Assembly: GCA_035911175.1 (NCBI GenBank)
Contig: JAMHWA010000018.1
Location: forward strand, 73,500 to 137,499
Length of the DNA: 64,000 nt
Direction of reading: 5' to 3'
DNA from: Alphaproteobacteria bacterium
GTDB taxonomy: Bacteria > Pseudomonadota > Alphaproteobacteria > Rickettsiales > UBA3002
In this document: piece after piece, positions 1-10,094 of the stretch
How positions within the stretch are numbered: position 1 is the stretch's first letter
Layout of the letters: the number at the start of each line of letters is the position of its first letter
Notes under the pieces: model-generated
Database searches by the model: none
What the model was told of the DNA's origin: nothing
Seen by the model: the letters and a program-made list of their open reading frames with translations, nothing else
Program-made: the position numbers and the translations under genes

Positions 1-19
1 CGCCCGCGGCCTGCTTGAG

Positions 20-2071
20 GTGGCAATGCGCCACAAACCCTATTTTTACCCGACCGACCTACTGCGCGAAGCGGGCATCAGCACCAGCACCTACGACATC
101 CCCCATAAAAAAGACCGTAGCAGCATCAAGCGTATTCCCTTCCCGCCGCTCGAGCGCAAAGGCGAAGTCTACCCCGATGAGGTAGATGCTATTAACCTGC
201 ACGCACTGCCCGAGGCAGAACTTGCCAAACTCGCTGCGCGCATGGCATTGCCCGCCGATCGCCAATCCACCTTCACCCAGCTCGAATATAACGGTAACCG
301 CTTCCGTTACCCCTTCAGTAAGGACACCAAGCTCACCAAAGAAATTCGCAAGAAGGAAGCGCAGGAATATGCTGCGCAGGGCGTCAATTTTGCCCTCACT
401 GCCTATGTCGGGCTCGACAACCCTGATACCTTGCGTACCATTCACGAAGCCGTGGATGAACTAAAAGCCGACCCACAAACAGAAAACTTTGCACAGCGCT
501 ACATGATCGGCATTCCGCGCAAACTCTCGTCCGAGCAGCTCAAGGAAAAACTCGATAAAGCACAAATCCTGCTCGATAGTCCCTACATCATGGGCGTCGA
601 TATTCTGGGGTATGAGGCCAACAAAACGAAAGAGTTCATCGAGCGCCTCGATGATTATGCCAAATGGGCGAACGAGCACAAACCTGGCTCTTTCATTCGC
701 GTACATGCGGGCGAGAACGACAAAAACCACGACAACGTCAAAGACTTCCTCAAGATTGCGGTGAAATACCCGAACCTCAAATTCCTTGTGGGTCATGGGG
801 TCTACGGCATGGACGAAGAAACAATCCGACTTGCCAAAAAACTCTGTAAGGATCCGAAGAACCCGCAACTCACCATCGAATTCAATCCTTCTTCCAACAT
901 CGCCCTGAACAATGTCGATGATTTAAGGAAAATACCGTTCGCCAAAGCGATTGAGAACGGGATCCCTTTCACCGTGAGCTCGGATTCCGCGGGCATGTAC
1001 CAGACGGATGCCAAACAGCTTGGCCTTGCCGCTTATTATGCTGGGCTCGATGGCAAAGGATTCGCGGCGCTGAAGCACCACCAAGAGCATTTGGTGGCTC
1101 ATATGCAGGATTACTCGAAACGCATAGCCGCCGCCATCCCACAGTGGGATACGGCAGACGGGAAACAGGCGCATTTCGATGCTATGTTTAAGCGGCTAGC
1201 GGGCGTTGAGAAGGCACCAAACCCACCCAGCGAAGCGGTGGATGAAGCACAAATGGCTGCCAAGTTAACTACCGAGCAAGTCACCCTCATTCACTCGCCC
1301 AAAGAGCGCGTCCCCGAGTTCGAGGGCAAAGTTCCCATCACCGTTGTTGGCGCATCGGGCAGCAGTTGGAACAGCCTGAGCAAAGGCCAGCAACGCGAGA
1401 ATGCCATTGCTATCGACATGCTCATCCATGCGCTGGGCGATACCTGCTACCTTGTGCAAGGGCGCAACAAAAAAACGGGCTTAAGCAAGGTCATCAACCA
1501 AGCCCTTCATGAGGCCAATGCAACGCGCAAACAAGGCGGCAAGCACGAGCTATACAACGTTGGCTTACTCGTGAACCCCAGCTTCGATAATGCCACAAGC
1601 CACAAGCATCTCACGCATATGGTGCGCATTGATGGCGAACCCCTCGTATTGGCGGATGCGGTTGTCGACCACACATTTGATCATCACGGCGTGCTGATTG
1701 CGGTCGGCGGAGCCCAGTATACCCGCGATATTATCCATGTTGCCGATCAGCGCGGTATCCATGCCAAAGATCCCAACAATCGCAAAATGATGCTCTTGCT
1801 GGCCAACACCGAAGGCGCTTCTGCCGAAAAAGCGAGCGTACTGCATCCCGATTACACCGCCATGGATGGCTGCCAGCTCTTGAGCAAACTCTACAAAAAC
1901 CAGCCTGATTTGTTCGCGTCATCCTTCAAACCCAATGCCATCAACAGCCTCTACAAAGAATCAGCCGCGCGGGTCGCAAGCTATGGCTATAACAGCGTCG
2001 ATGAAACCGTTGTTTCTAATGCTGAGCTGATACCACCAAAACTTGTCGTTTCCCGAGGTGGGCGCGGTTAA
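20..2071 (+). CDS. Adenosine-deaminase-like amidohydrolase fused to a LOG/SLOG-like Rossmann domain (683 aa; frame is open to the window edge, so possibly 5'-truncated)
   Basis: ORF track. FIRVHAGEND, GHGVYG, EFNPSSNIAL and FTVSSDSAG resemble ADA-family HAGE / E-x-x-P-x-SN / TDD motifs. The C-terminal half (PITVVGASGSS ... LIAVGGAQYTRD) resembles the LOG/SLOG GGxGT fold. No N-terminal HxH seen. Confidence 0.45.
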   Translation: MAMRHKPYFYPTDLLREAGISTSTYDIPHKKDRSSIKRIPFPPLERKGEVYPDEVDAINLHALPEAELAKLAARMALPADRQSTFTQLEYNGNRFRYPFSKDTKLTKEIRKKEAQEYAAQGVNFALTAYVGLDNPDTLRTIHEAVDELKADPQTENFAQRYMIGIPRKLSSEQLKEKLDKAQILLDSPYIMGVDILGYEANKTKEFIERLDDYAKWANEHKPGSFIRVHAGENDKNHDNVKDFLKIAVKYPNLKFLVGHGVYGMDEETIRLAKKLCKDPKNPQLTIEFNPSSNIALNNVDDLRKIPFAKAIENGIPFTVSSDSAGMYQTDAKQLGLAAYYAGLDGKGFAALKHHQEHLVAHMQDYSKRIAAAIPQWDTADGKQAHFDAMFKRLAGVEKAPNPPSEAVDEAQMAAKLTTEQVTLIHSPKERVPEFEGKVPITVVGASGSSWNSLSKGQQRENAIAIDMLIHALGDTCYLVQGRNKKTGLSKVINQALHEANATRKQGGKHELYNVGLLVNPSFDNATSHKHLTHMVRIDGEPLVLADAVVDHTFDHHGVLIAVGGAQYTRDIIHVADQRGIHAKDPNNRKMMLLLANTEGASAEKASVLHPDYTAMDGCQLLSKLYKNQPDLFASSFKPNAINSLYKESAARVASYGYNSVDETVVSNAELIPPKLVVSRGGRG

Positions 2072-2109
2072 CGGTTGCGCTGTCGCCTGAGGCTCTCTAA
2101 AACAGTGCC

Positions 2110-3462
2110 ATGGCCAAAAATTCCAACCAATATGTCTGTCAGTCCTGCGGCGCGGTGCATTCCAAATGGGCAGGGCGTTGCGATGCCTGCGGCGAATGGA
2201 ATACCATCGTCGAGGAATCCATCACCGTCACCCCCAAGGGCATGAAGCCCGGTAAATCCAAGGGCCTCGAAATTGCCACATTGGCCGATACGGTTGCCCC
2301 TCATGCGCGCGAAAGCACCGGCATTGCCGAGCTTGATCGCGTGCTCGGCGGTGGCCTTGTCGAAGGTTCCGCCATTTTGCTGGGTGGTGATCCAGGCATC
2401 GGTAAATCCACGCTGCTGCTGCAAGCCGCCTCCACCCTTGCCCGCGGCGGGCGTGATGTGTTGTATGTGAGCGGCGAGGAGTCGCTCGCCCAAATTCAAC
2501 TCCGCAGTCAGCGGCTTGGGCTTGCCAACGCACCGCTTAAGCTCGCCACTGCCACCAGCGTGCGCGAAATTTTGGCGAGTATCGATTCTGGCCAAGCGCC
2601 CGATGTCGTCGTCATCGATTCCATCCAAACCATGTTCGTGGATTCGCTGGATTCCGCACCGGGCACTGTTGCCCAAGTGCGCGCCTCCACGCACGAACTC
2701 ATCCGCGCCGCGAAAAAACGCGGCTTCTCGCTTATCCTCGTCGGCCATGTCACCAAGGATGGCCAAATCGCGGGGCCACGCGTGCTCGAGCATATGGTCG
2801 ATACGGTGCTCTATTTCGAGGGTGACCGCGGGCAGTATTACCGCATCCTGCGCGCGGTGAAAAACCGTTTCGGCGCGACGGATGAAATCGGCGTCTTTGC
2901 CATGAGCGATACGGGACTCGAGGAAGTCAAAAACCCTAGCGCTCTGTTTTTGCATGCACGCGAAAACCCTGTCAGCGGCGCTGCCGTATTTGCGGGTATG
3001 GAGGGCACACGCCCATTGCTGGTTGAAATTCAGGCCCTCGTTTCCCCTTCCACCATGTCCACCCCCCGCCGCGCCACGGTGGGTTATGACGGTGCGCGCC
3101 TCTCCATGATTCTCGCCGTGCTCGAAACCCGCGCCGGCATGCGCTTTTCCGATAAGGAAGTGTTCCTCAACATCGCTGGCGGCCTTAAAATCGGCGAGCC
3201 TGCGGCGGATGTGGCCGTGGCCATGGCGCTGCTTTCGGCGTTGCTCGATAAGCCCCTGCCCACCAGCCTCGTTGGCTTTGGTGAAATTGGCCTGACGGGT
3301 GAAATCCGCTCCGTCAGCCGCACGGATACCCGCCTCAAGGAGGCTCTGGCACTTGGTTTTACCAAAGCAGTCATCCCAACCAGCAGCCCTGAAAAAAATA
3401 ACGCCCCCCACCGCGTGGGGCATGTAGACGCGCTGGTGCGTTTCATGCTAGAGAACGGCTGA
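2110..3462 (+). CDS. radA: DNA repair protein RadA/Sms
   Basis: N-terminal zinc ribbon (YVCQSCGAVHSKWAGRCDACGEWNT), Walker A GDPGIGKST, KNRFG motif, Lon-like C-terminal domain. Confidence 0.95.
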   Translation: MAKNSNQYVCQSCGAVHSKWAGRCDACGEWNTIVEESITVTPKGMKPGKSKGLEIATLADTVAPHARESTGIAELDRVLGGGLVEGSAILLGGDPGIGKSTLLLQAASTLARGGRDVLYVSGEESLAQIQLRSQRLGLANAPLKLATATSVREILASIDSGQAPDVVVIDSIQTMFVDSLDSAPGTVAQVRASTHELIRAAKKRGFSLILVGHVTKDGQIAGPRVLEHMVDTVLYFEGDRGQYYRILRAVKNRFGATDEIGVFAMSDTGLEEVKNPSALFLHARENPVSGAAVFAGMEGTRPLLVEIQALVSPSTMSTPRRATVGYDGARLSMILAVLETRAGMRFSDKEVFLNIAGGLKIGEPAADVAVAMALLSALLDKPLPTSLVGFGEIGLTGEIRSVSRTDTRLKEALALGFTKAVIPTSSPEKNNAPHRVGHVDALVRFMLENG

Positions 3463-3495
3463 ACCCCTTATTGCTAACCGCTAACGGCTGATATT

Positions 3496-4200
3496 ATGGA
3501 AGAAACTTCACTGGGTTTGTTCGATTTAAGCGTGCTGATTATTGTCGGCCTGTCGGCGCTGTTGTCGTTCTACCGTGGCTTCATCCGCGAAATTCTCTCG
3601 CTCGGCGGGTGGATTGTGGCCTCCATCGTCACCCTGCGCTACCTCGAACCTGCGACGGAGTATCTAAGGCCACAAATCGGTAATGCTGCCATTTCCGTAG
3701 CCGTGGCCTCAATCGGCTTGTTTCTCGTCTCCTTGATTTTGTTTTCCATCCTCACCCGCATGGTCATCAAATTCCTCAAGCTCGAGGAAAAAGTCGGCCT
3801 GCTTGATAACCTTGCTGGGCTTTGCTTTGGCTTTGCGCGCGGCGCACTCATTGTGGCGATTGGCTTCTTCATTATGTCGAAATTTTTTACCAGCGAAGAG
3901 GATTATCCCAAAGCGGTGCGCGAGGCAGTCACACGGCCTTATGTCGAAAAAGCGGCACACTTACTTGGCACGTTGATGCCAGGCTATCTCGATAAGCTCT
4001 CAGATAAAAACGATGAATCAAGCGAATCACTCTCGCCCGAAGATTCGAAGAAAAAAATGAACGAGCTGATTCAGAAATGGGATAGAAAAGCAAAAGACCA
4101 ACTTGAAGAAATCGTTCCTGAAGAAGATTTACCTGCCTCCTCGCTGCCTTCTATCGAGGATTTACAGCAACGCATCCGGCAAGAAAACGAGAGACGCTAA
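3496..4200 (+). CDS. cvpA: CvpA-family membrane protein
   Basis: Multi-TM N-terminus with FYRGFIREILSLGGWI typical of CvpA; conserved position immediately upstream of purF. Confidence 0.8.
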   Translation: MEETSLGLFDLSVLIIVGLSALLSFYRGFIREILSLGGWIVASIVTLRYLEPATEYLRPQIGNAAISVAVASIGLFLVSLILFSILTRMVIKFLKLEEKVGLLDNLAGLCFGFARGALIVAIGFFIMSKFFTSEEDYPKAVREAVTRPYVEKAAHLLGTLMPGYLDKLSDKNDESSESLSPEDSKKKMNELIQKWDRKAKDQLEEIVPEEDLPASSLPSIEDLQQRIRQENERR

Positions 4201-5636
4201 TGTTCGATAAATTTAATGATGAATGTGGTGTCTTTGGCATCTTTGGTTCCTCCAGTGCAGCGGCGCACACGGCGCTTGGGCTTCATGCGTTGCAACATCG
4301 TGGGCAGGAAGCCGCAGGCATTGTCAGCTGCGATAACGGCCAGTTCTTCTCGCACCGCGCGATGGGCTTGGTGGGTGATAATTTCTCGGATGCCGCTGTC
4401 ATGAACCGCCTGCAAGGCAGCGCTGCCATTGGCCACAACCGTTACTCCACCACGGGTGAAACATTGCTGCGCAATGTGCAGCCGTTTTATGCCGATTTGT
4501 CGCTGGGTGGCTTTGCGCTTGCCCATAACGGCAACCTCACCAACGCCATCACCCTGCGCCGCGAGCTGATTGCACGTGGCTCGCTGTTTGCATCCACTTC
4601 GGATACCGAAGTGATCGTCCACCGCGTTGCCCTCTCGCGCGCCGCCGCGATCGAGGATCGCGTGATCGATGCCTTGAAACTCGTCGAGGGCGCTTATTCC
4701 CTCGTCATCCTCTCGCCCAAATCGCTCATCGGTGTGCGCGACCCGAACGGCGTGCGCCCCTTAGTGCTTGGCAAACTTGGCGACGCCCATATCCTCACCT
4801 CCGAAACCTGCGCGCTCGACATTATCGGCGCCGAATATGTACGCGATGTCGCCCCTGGCGAAATGATTATTGTCGATGAAACCGGCGTGCGCAGTTCTTT
4901 CCCGCTGGTTGCGCAACCTTCGCGCTTTTGTATTTTTGAATATGTCTATTTCGCCCGCCCCGATTCGGTGATGCAAAATACCAGCGTCTATGCGGTGCGC
5001 AAACGCATTGGCGCCGAGCTCGCGCGGGAGTTTGGCGTGGATGCCGATGTGGTCGTCCCCGTGCCAGATTCAGGTGTCCCTGGTGCCATTGGCTATTCCG
5101 AAACAGCAGGCATCCCGTTCGATTTAGGCATCATCCGCAATCATTATGTTGGCCGCACCTTCATCGAGCCGTCGGAATCCGTGCGTCACCTTGGTGTTAA
5201 ACTCAAGCACAACGCCAACAGCGCGTTGCTCAAAGGCAAGCGGGTGATTCTCGTCGATGACTCCATCGTGCGCGGCACTACATCCAAAAAAATCGTCACC
5301 ATGGTGCGCGAGGCAGGGGCAACGGAAGTGCACATGCGCATCGCCAGCCCACCAACCACCAACCCATGCTTCTACGGCGTCGATACTCCTGAAAAATCGC
5401 AACTCATGGCCGCACAACACACCATCGAGGAAATGGCGAACATCATTGGTGTCGATTCGCTCGCCTTCCTCAGCATGGATGGTCTCTATCGCGCGGTGGG
5501 TGAAGCCAAACGCAACAACGAACTGCCGCAATATTGCGATGCCTGCTTCAGCGGCGAGTACCCCATTGCGCTGACCGATAATGCCTCAGGCATCGGCGGC
5601 AACCAGAAGGATCTCTTCGTGAAGGAAGTTGCGTGA
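4200..5636 (+). CDS. purF: Amidophosphoribosyltransferase
   Basis: Short propeptide then CGVFGIFG Ntn-nucleophile motif; PRTase loop VILVDDSIVRGTT; ATG overlaps the cvpA stop. Confidence 0.95.
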   Translation: MFDKFNDECGVFGIFGSSSAAAHTALGLHALQHRGQEAAGIVSCDNGQFFSHRAMGLVGDNFSDAAVMNRLQGSAAIGHNRYSTTGETLLRNVQPFYADLSLGGFALAHNGNLTNAITLRRELIARGSLFASTSDTEVIVHRVALSRAAAIEDRVIDALKLVEGAYSLVILSPKSLIGVRDPNGVRPLVLGKLGDAHILTSETCALDIIGAEYVRDVAPGEMIIVDETGVRSSFPLVAQPSRFCIFEYVYFARPDSVMQNTSVYAVRKRIGAELAREFGVDADVVVPVPDSGVPGAIGYSETAGIPFDLGIIRNHYVGRTFIEPSESVRHLGVKLKHNANSALLKGKRVILVDDSIVRGTTSKKIVTMVREAGATEVHMRIASPPTTNPCFYGVDTPEKSQLMAAQHTIEEMANIIGVDSLAFLSMDGLYRAVGEAKRNNELPQYCDACFSGEYPIALTDNASGIGGNQKDLFVKEVA

Positions 5637-6847
5637 CCTCTTCTCGCCGCGCTACCCAATCAGCGCCCAGCAGCCTCTCTCGCATCATCCTCTGGGGCGG
5701 TTTCTTGGCCCTTGGTGTGCTGACCTTGCGCAACCTCTACGCAAACCCCATCACCTTTGCGTTGACGCAAATCGATGAGCAAGGGCATTTTTCCTATGCG
5801 CTGCACCTCATCATGCATCAGCGGTGGTGGCCAGATTTTTCCGATTTCAGAATGTTCAATGTGCCCACAGGCATCGAACTCAACGCACTTAATTATATCA
5901 ATCATCCGCCCACGTTCTATTGGCTAGCAAAACTTATTGATATCCTCTTCCCATGGTGGGAGCCCATGCATCTGCGTGCGCTCTCATTTACTTTCTGTCT
6001 GTCCGCCATGCTGATCTACACGCGTATTGGAACGCGCCTTCAGCTCACCCCGTCTGCCAGCATGCTCTATGCGCTCATGCCGCTGCTGCTCTACATGCAT
6101 TTGCAAATCGGCTTTTATAATAATGACACACTCTGCGTGCTTGGCGGCATGGTGGCAACCAGTGCCAGCTTGCGGTGGTTGGGTGGCGAGCAGCCCACGC
6201 GGGCATGGGTGTGGATGGGCATCGGGGTACTCCTCGCCAGTGTCAAGCTCACGGCTCTCTTGCTAGTCGGCCTGTACGTGCTTGTTTGCCTTGTTCTGCG
6301 GCGTGGGCAATTGCGCTCCATACCGCTTGGCGGATGGCTCTATGGCGTGGCCATCGCCGCACTCTGCGTCGCGCCCTATCTCTACATGACCGTTGCCTAT
6401 GGCAGCCCTGCCCCCAATACGGCAGGCCAGCTTGCACTCCTTGCCGACCACCCCACATGCCACACCACACCGGCGCTACGCATGGATTGGATCACATGGT
6501 TGCCGTTTTTCTTTGCCAAGTTTGCCGATCAACATGCGATATCGGAAACCACTTTTTTCCCCATTATCTTTTATGGTGCCGCGCTCGTTGCTCTAGCTTT
6601 CAAATGGCGGGCGCCATCACTTAACGCAGAGAATAGTGGACTACACTCCGTTGCATTTGCCAGCGCTTTTGCTACGCTTGCCACGCTTGCCATCCACACC
6701 ATTTTTTCGTGGCAACGCCACCGCGATTTCGGCTGGATTTGTGATAGCCTTCTGCGCTATTACCTGCCATTAATTGCTGCGTATGCTGCCGTCAGCGCAG
6801 ACACACTGACACGACTGGCGTTTCACACAAGGGCCTCTCATGAGTAA
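5633..6847 (+). CDS. Polytopic membrane protein, possibly a GT-C (ArnT/PMT-like) glycosyltransferase
   Basis: About 10 hydrophobic segments; early loop DEQGHFSY resembles the GT-C DE motif; overlaps the purF stop and the SDR start. Confidence 0.4.
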   Translation: MTSSRRATQSAPSSLSRIILWGGFLALGVLTLRNLYANPITFALTQIDEQGHFSYALHLIMHQRWWPDFSDFRMFNVPTGIELNALNYINHPPTFYWLAKLIDILFPWWEPMHLRALSFTFCLSAMLIYTRIGTRLQLTPSASMLYALMPLLLYMHLQIGFYNNDTLCVLGGMVATSASLRWLGGEQPTRAWVWMGIGVLLASVKLTALLLVGLYVLVCLVLRRGQLRSIPLGGWLYGVAIAALCVAPYLYMTVAYGSPAPNTAGQLALLADHPTCHTTPALRMDWITWLPFFFAKFADQHAISETTFFPIIFYGAALVALAFKWRAPSLNAENSGLHSVAFASAFATLATLAIHTIFSWQRHRDFGWICDSLLRYYLPLIAAYAAVSADTLTRLAFHTRASHE

Positions 6848-7547
6848 ACTTACTGGCAAAATTGCTCTTATCACTGGTGCCAGCCGTGGCATTGGCGCTG
6901 CCGTGGCCAAGCGCTTTGCGGCCGAGGGGGCGCATGTCATCCTCACCGCGCGTACCATCGGCGGGCTCGAAGCGGTCGATGACGAGATCCAAAAAATCAC
7001 TGGCCAACCCGCCACCATTGTCCCGCTAGATTTGCGCCAATCGGATATGATCGACGCACTCGGTGCCCAAATTTATGAACGCTTCGGCAAGTTGGATATT
7101 CTGGTTGGCAATGCGGCCACCCTTGGCACATTGTCACCGCTTGCCCATGCCAGCCCCAGCGAGGTGGAGGATGTATTTTCCATCAACACCATCGCCAACG
7201 CGCGTCTGCTGCGCAGCTGCGATCCTCTGCTACGCCTTGCCAAAGCTGGGCGCGTCATCATGGTCACCTCGGGCGCGGCGGTGTCGCCTATCGCCTATTG
7301 GGGGCCCTATGCGGCAAGCAAAGCAGCGCTCGAACATCTCACCCTCACCTATGCCGCTGAAATGGCAATGACCACCGTGCGCGCCAACATCCTCGACCCT
7401 GGCGCCACCCGCACCGCTATGCGCGCGAAAGCCTTCCCAGGGGAAGACCCACTCACGCTACCTAGCCCCGAATCCATCACCGACTTATTTGTAACGTTAA
7501 GCGAAGCCGATGCCCCGAATGGCAAACGTGTGCGGGTGAGCTTATGA
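6840..7547 (+). CDS. SDR-family oxidoreductase
   Basis: TGASRGIG Rossmann motif and YAASKAAL catalytic YxxxK. Confidence 0.85.
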   Translation: MSKLTGKIALITGASRGIGAAVAKRFAAEGAHVILTARTIGGLEAVDDEIQKITGQPATIVPLDLRQSDMIDALGAQIYERFGKLDILVGNAATLGTLSPLAHASPSEVEDVFSINTIANARLLRSCDPLLRLAKAGRVIMVTSGAAVSPIAYWGPYAASKAALEHLTLTYAAEMAMTTVRANILDPGATRTAMRAKAFPGEDPLTLPSPESITDLFVTLSEADAPNGKRVRVSL

Positions 7548-8707
7548 AACGTAAATTTCAGCACCTGACCGAATATGCGCGGCACTTCCTCCTGCTCGAA
7601 TCCGCAGGCGGCATCGTCATGATCGCCACCGCCGCGATTGCGATTGCACTGGCGAACTCCCTATGGTCGGAAAGCTATCAGGCTATTATTCAGGCACCTT
7701 TATTTGCTGATTTTTATGTAAGCAGCTTCACCAAAGATGTGCTGATGGTCATCTTCTTTTTTGCCATCGGCATGGAGCTCAAGCTCGAAATGCGCGAGGG
7801 TGCCCTATCAGAAAAAGGGCAAAAACTACTCCCACTGATTGCTGCACTGGGCGGTATTGTGGCGCCCGCGCTGCTTTACCTTACCATCACCCGCAACCAC
7901 CCTGAACTGCAATCAGGTTGGGCCATCCCCACGGCGACGGATATTGCCTTTGCCATGTGTGTGCTGCGTCTTGTGGGTGGCAGCGTGCCTCCTGCAGCGA
8001 AAATCTTCCTCCTCGCCATTGCTATTTACGATGACTTGGCTGCCATCCTCATTATCGCTGCCTTCTATTCCAGTGGCTTGGCTTTGCTTCCCTTGCTTGC
8101 CGTGGTGTCGCTGGGTGGCATCCTCTATGCCATGAACCGCGCATCTATCAGCCGCGCGCTGCCCTACCTGCTTGTCGGCGTGGCGCTGTGGTTTGCCCTC
8201 CACGCGGCGGGTATCCACACCACGGTAGCGGGCGTCATGGTCGGCGTTGCTATCCCGATGCAGGACAAAGGCAATAAAGCTGTGCTCAGCCACATCCTGC
8301 ACCACATTCACCCGTATGTCGCATTCCTGATTCTACCGATCTTCGCCTTCACCAGCGCAGGGGTCGATTTACGTAGCATCCCCATCGATCAGGCATTTTC
8401 TGCCCTGCCGATGGGCATTGCCCTCGCCTTGTTCTTCGGCAAGCAATTCGGCATTTTCGCAGCAACCTTTGCCGCCGTGAAGCTTGGGATTTCCCCTCTG
8501 CCCAAAAACGTCAACTGGCCACTGGTTTATGGCGTTTCCATCCTTGCGGGTATTGGCTTCACCATGAGCTTATTTGTCGGCAAACTCGCCTTTACCGACC
8601 CCCTCTTATTGGATGAAGTAAAAATTGGAGTCATCGCAGGATCGCTGCTATCCTCGCTGTTTGGCATTCTTTACCTGCGCGCGCGGGGCAAGCCCAGCGC
8701 GGCTTAA
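7544..8707 (+). CDS. nhaA: Na+/H+ antiporter NhaA
   Basis: Length, 11-12 TM profile and IPTATDIAFAMCVL motif. Confidence 0.9.
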   Translation: MKRKFQHLTEYARHFLLLESAGGIVMIATAAIAIALANSLWSESYQAIIQAPLFADFYVSSFTKDVLMVIFFFAIGMELKLEMREGALSEKGQKLLPLIAALGGIVAPALLYLTITRNHPELQSGWAIPTATDIAFAMCVLRLVGGSVPPAAKIFLLAIAIYDDLAAILIIAAFYSSGLALLPLLAVVSLGGILYAMNRASISRALPYLLVGVALWFALHAAGIHTTVAGVMVGVAIPMQDKGNKAVLSHILHHIHPYVAFLILPIFAFTSAGVDLRSIPIDQAFSALPMGIALALFFGKQFGIFAATFAAVKLGISPLPKNVNWPLVYGVSILAGIGFTMSLFVGKLAFTDPLLLDEVKIGVIAGSLLSSLFGILYLRARGKPSAA

Positions 8708-8727
8708 CGCCATTTTCCCACTATCGC

Positions 8728-8756
8728 TTGACAACCACCCAGTCAGTCCCTAAAAG
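8728..8756 (+). promoter_or_regulatory. Candidate sigma70 promoter for tRNA-Ile
   Basis: TTGACA (8728-8733), 17-nt spacer, TAAAAG (8751-8756); the tRNA starts 24 nt downstream. Confidence 0.35.
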
Positions 8757-8779
8757 ACGGCCTCCAAACCGCAGGAAAT

Positions 8780-8861
<82 letters not shown>

Positions 8862-8934
8862 CGCCCGCGCTGAGCGGTCTTTTCGAGATTTCAGGTAGTC
8901 GGTGCAGGGTACCCAAAAGAGCCGAAAACAGGCT

Positions 8935-8953
8935 GTGTTTGCAATGTGTTTGC
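8935..8953 (+). repeat. Tandem GTGTTTGC repeats (11-nt phase), candidate arm-type integrase sites
   Basis: GTGTTTGC at 8935-8942 and 8946-8953; the same motif class recurs at 9066-9083 and 19716-19734. Confidence 0.4.
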
Positions 8954-9065
8954 AGGTTTAACTTCTACAAGTTGCTGATGGAATTCGTAAGGTCACCTAT
9001 CCCATGACAGCACTAAAGCTCTCCCATGGCATTGAATGGGTCAACGGTTCGGCTCCGCGCATCTC

Positions 9066-9083
9066 GTTTGCAGGATGTTTGCA
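9066..9083 (+). repeat. Tandem GTTTGCA repeats (11-nt phase)
   Basis: GTTTGCA at 9066-9072 and 9077-9083. Confidence 0.35.
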
Positions 9084-9113
9084 ATCGCACTGAGTCTTAC
9101 AACTCGATTTATT

Positions 9114-10073
9114 TTACACATCTGTTGGATTTTGATTGCCTGATTCAACGCTTTTCTGCGGAGCGTAACCGGGTGCCAATTTTGCACTGCTTACACCGTA
9201 TAAGGCTTGGGGGTTGCGCAGCCAAAGCTGCCTATTTGTGGGCATAGAAGCATCTGGCGTGCAGTCAACATTCCAAAGTCGCAAGATGTACCCAGCTAAC
9301 GAAGCACGTACTTTATAGGTAAGCATGCCATCTGTCATTTTATGTTCGTACTCTATGAACTCGGTACTTTTTCCTCGTGCCTTAATGTCGGGATGAGGAG
9401 TAATTTCGAGATCCACCATTCGATTCCATTGATGGTCATTCTCTCGCGTTTCGTGAGCATGGATTTTGCTCTCAGCTACCAGCTCAGCGCTCTTGATTCT
9501 ATTGATTACAAAATCCCCAAAGATTGACCTTTTCCTATCGAATGCTCTTACATGCCAGCGTAGCCCGTTTCCTGCAAAAGAGAATGGTACAATTTCACGT
9601 ACTGAAGGGCCGTTCTCAGAAATGTAGGTAATACTAACGACGCGCTTAGAATATATGGCACGTGAAATCGTGGCGAATGCTTCAATATTTGGCGCATGCA
9701 GTCGTACCGGAAGCTCGAATGGCACGATTGGATGTAGAGGCACGCCGAAGTCATCACCCATGCCATGAACCAATGCTAGCAGTAGCCGCTTTGCTTCAAC
9801 ACTGTCGATGTATCTGCGCCGAAAGCTGGGTGTAGCGAAGTAAAATTTCTCGGCACCGTTATACTCGATATTGTTGGGGGCTTCCTCCTTGTAAAGCGCG
9901 ATATCACGGGTGGCAGCAGCTTTAGCAATGCCGAAGCGATTCATCAGGTCGACCCGTGAAATCTGACCCGCAAAAAATAATCTGAAATCTATATAATTAA
10001 GTCTTTCCAATTGGTTCTGAGATTTTTCGAGCATACCAACCCCTATCGACCCAAAATAGTCCTTTAACATCAT
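9114..10073 (-). CDS. capW: WYL-domain transcriptional regulator (CapW/BrxR-like)
   Basis: N-terminal wHTH (ISRVDLMNRFGIAKAAATRDI); WYL core SITYISENGPSVREIVPFSFAGNGLRWHVRAFDRKRSIFGDFVINRI; divergent from the CBASS operon. The track start at 10076 is TTG; ATG at 10073 is preferred. Confidence 0.8.
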   Translation of the reverse strand: MMLKDYFGSIGVGMLEKSQNQLERLNYIDFRLFFAGQISRVDLMNRFGIAKAAATRDIALYKEEAPNNIEYNGAEKFYFATPSFRRRYIDSVEAKRLLLALVHGMGDDFGVPLHPIVPFELPVRLHAPNIEAFATISRAIYSKRVVSITYISENGPSVREIVPFSFAGNGLRWHVRAFDRKRSIFGDFVINRIKSAELVAESKIHAHETRENDHQWNRMVDLEITPHPDIKARGKSTEFIEYEHKMTDGMLTYKVRASLAGYILRLWNVDCTPDASMPTNRQLWLRNPQALYGVSSAKLAPGYAPQKSVESGNQNPTDV

Positions 10074-10083
10074 CAAAATGAGT

Positions 10084-10094
10084 GCTATAATAGC
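10084..10094. promoter_or_regulatory. Palindrome GCTAT-A-ATAGC containing a TATAAT box (candidate CBASS promoter and CapW operator)
   Basis: TATAAT at 10086-10091 lies inside an imperfect larger palindrome ATGAGTGCTATAATAGCTCAT in the capW/CBASS divergent spacer. Confidence 0.35.

Noticed and set aside
2068-3423. 451-aa ORF antisense to radA. Similar long antisense or alternate-frame ORFs occur at 23752-24384, 38210-38848, 40015-40680, 41330-41905, 59264-60301 and 61026-61820.
   Set aside because: They overlap genes with unambiguous conserved motifs on the other strand or frame. Their Arg/Gly/Ala/His-rich composition is typical of stop-poor frames in high-GC DNA.
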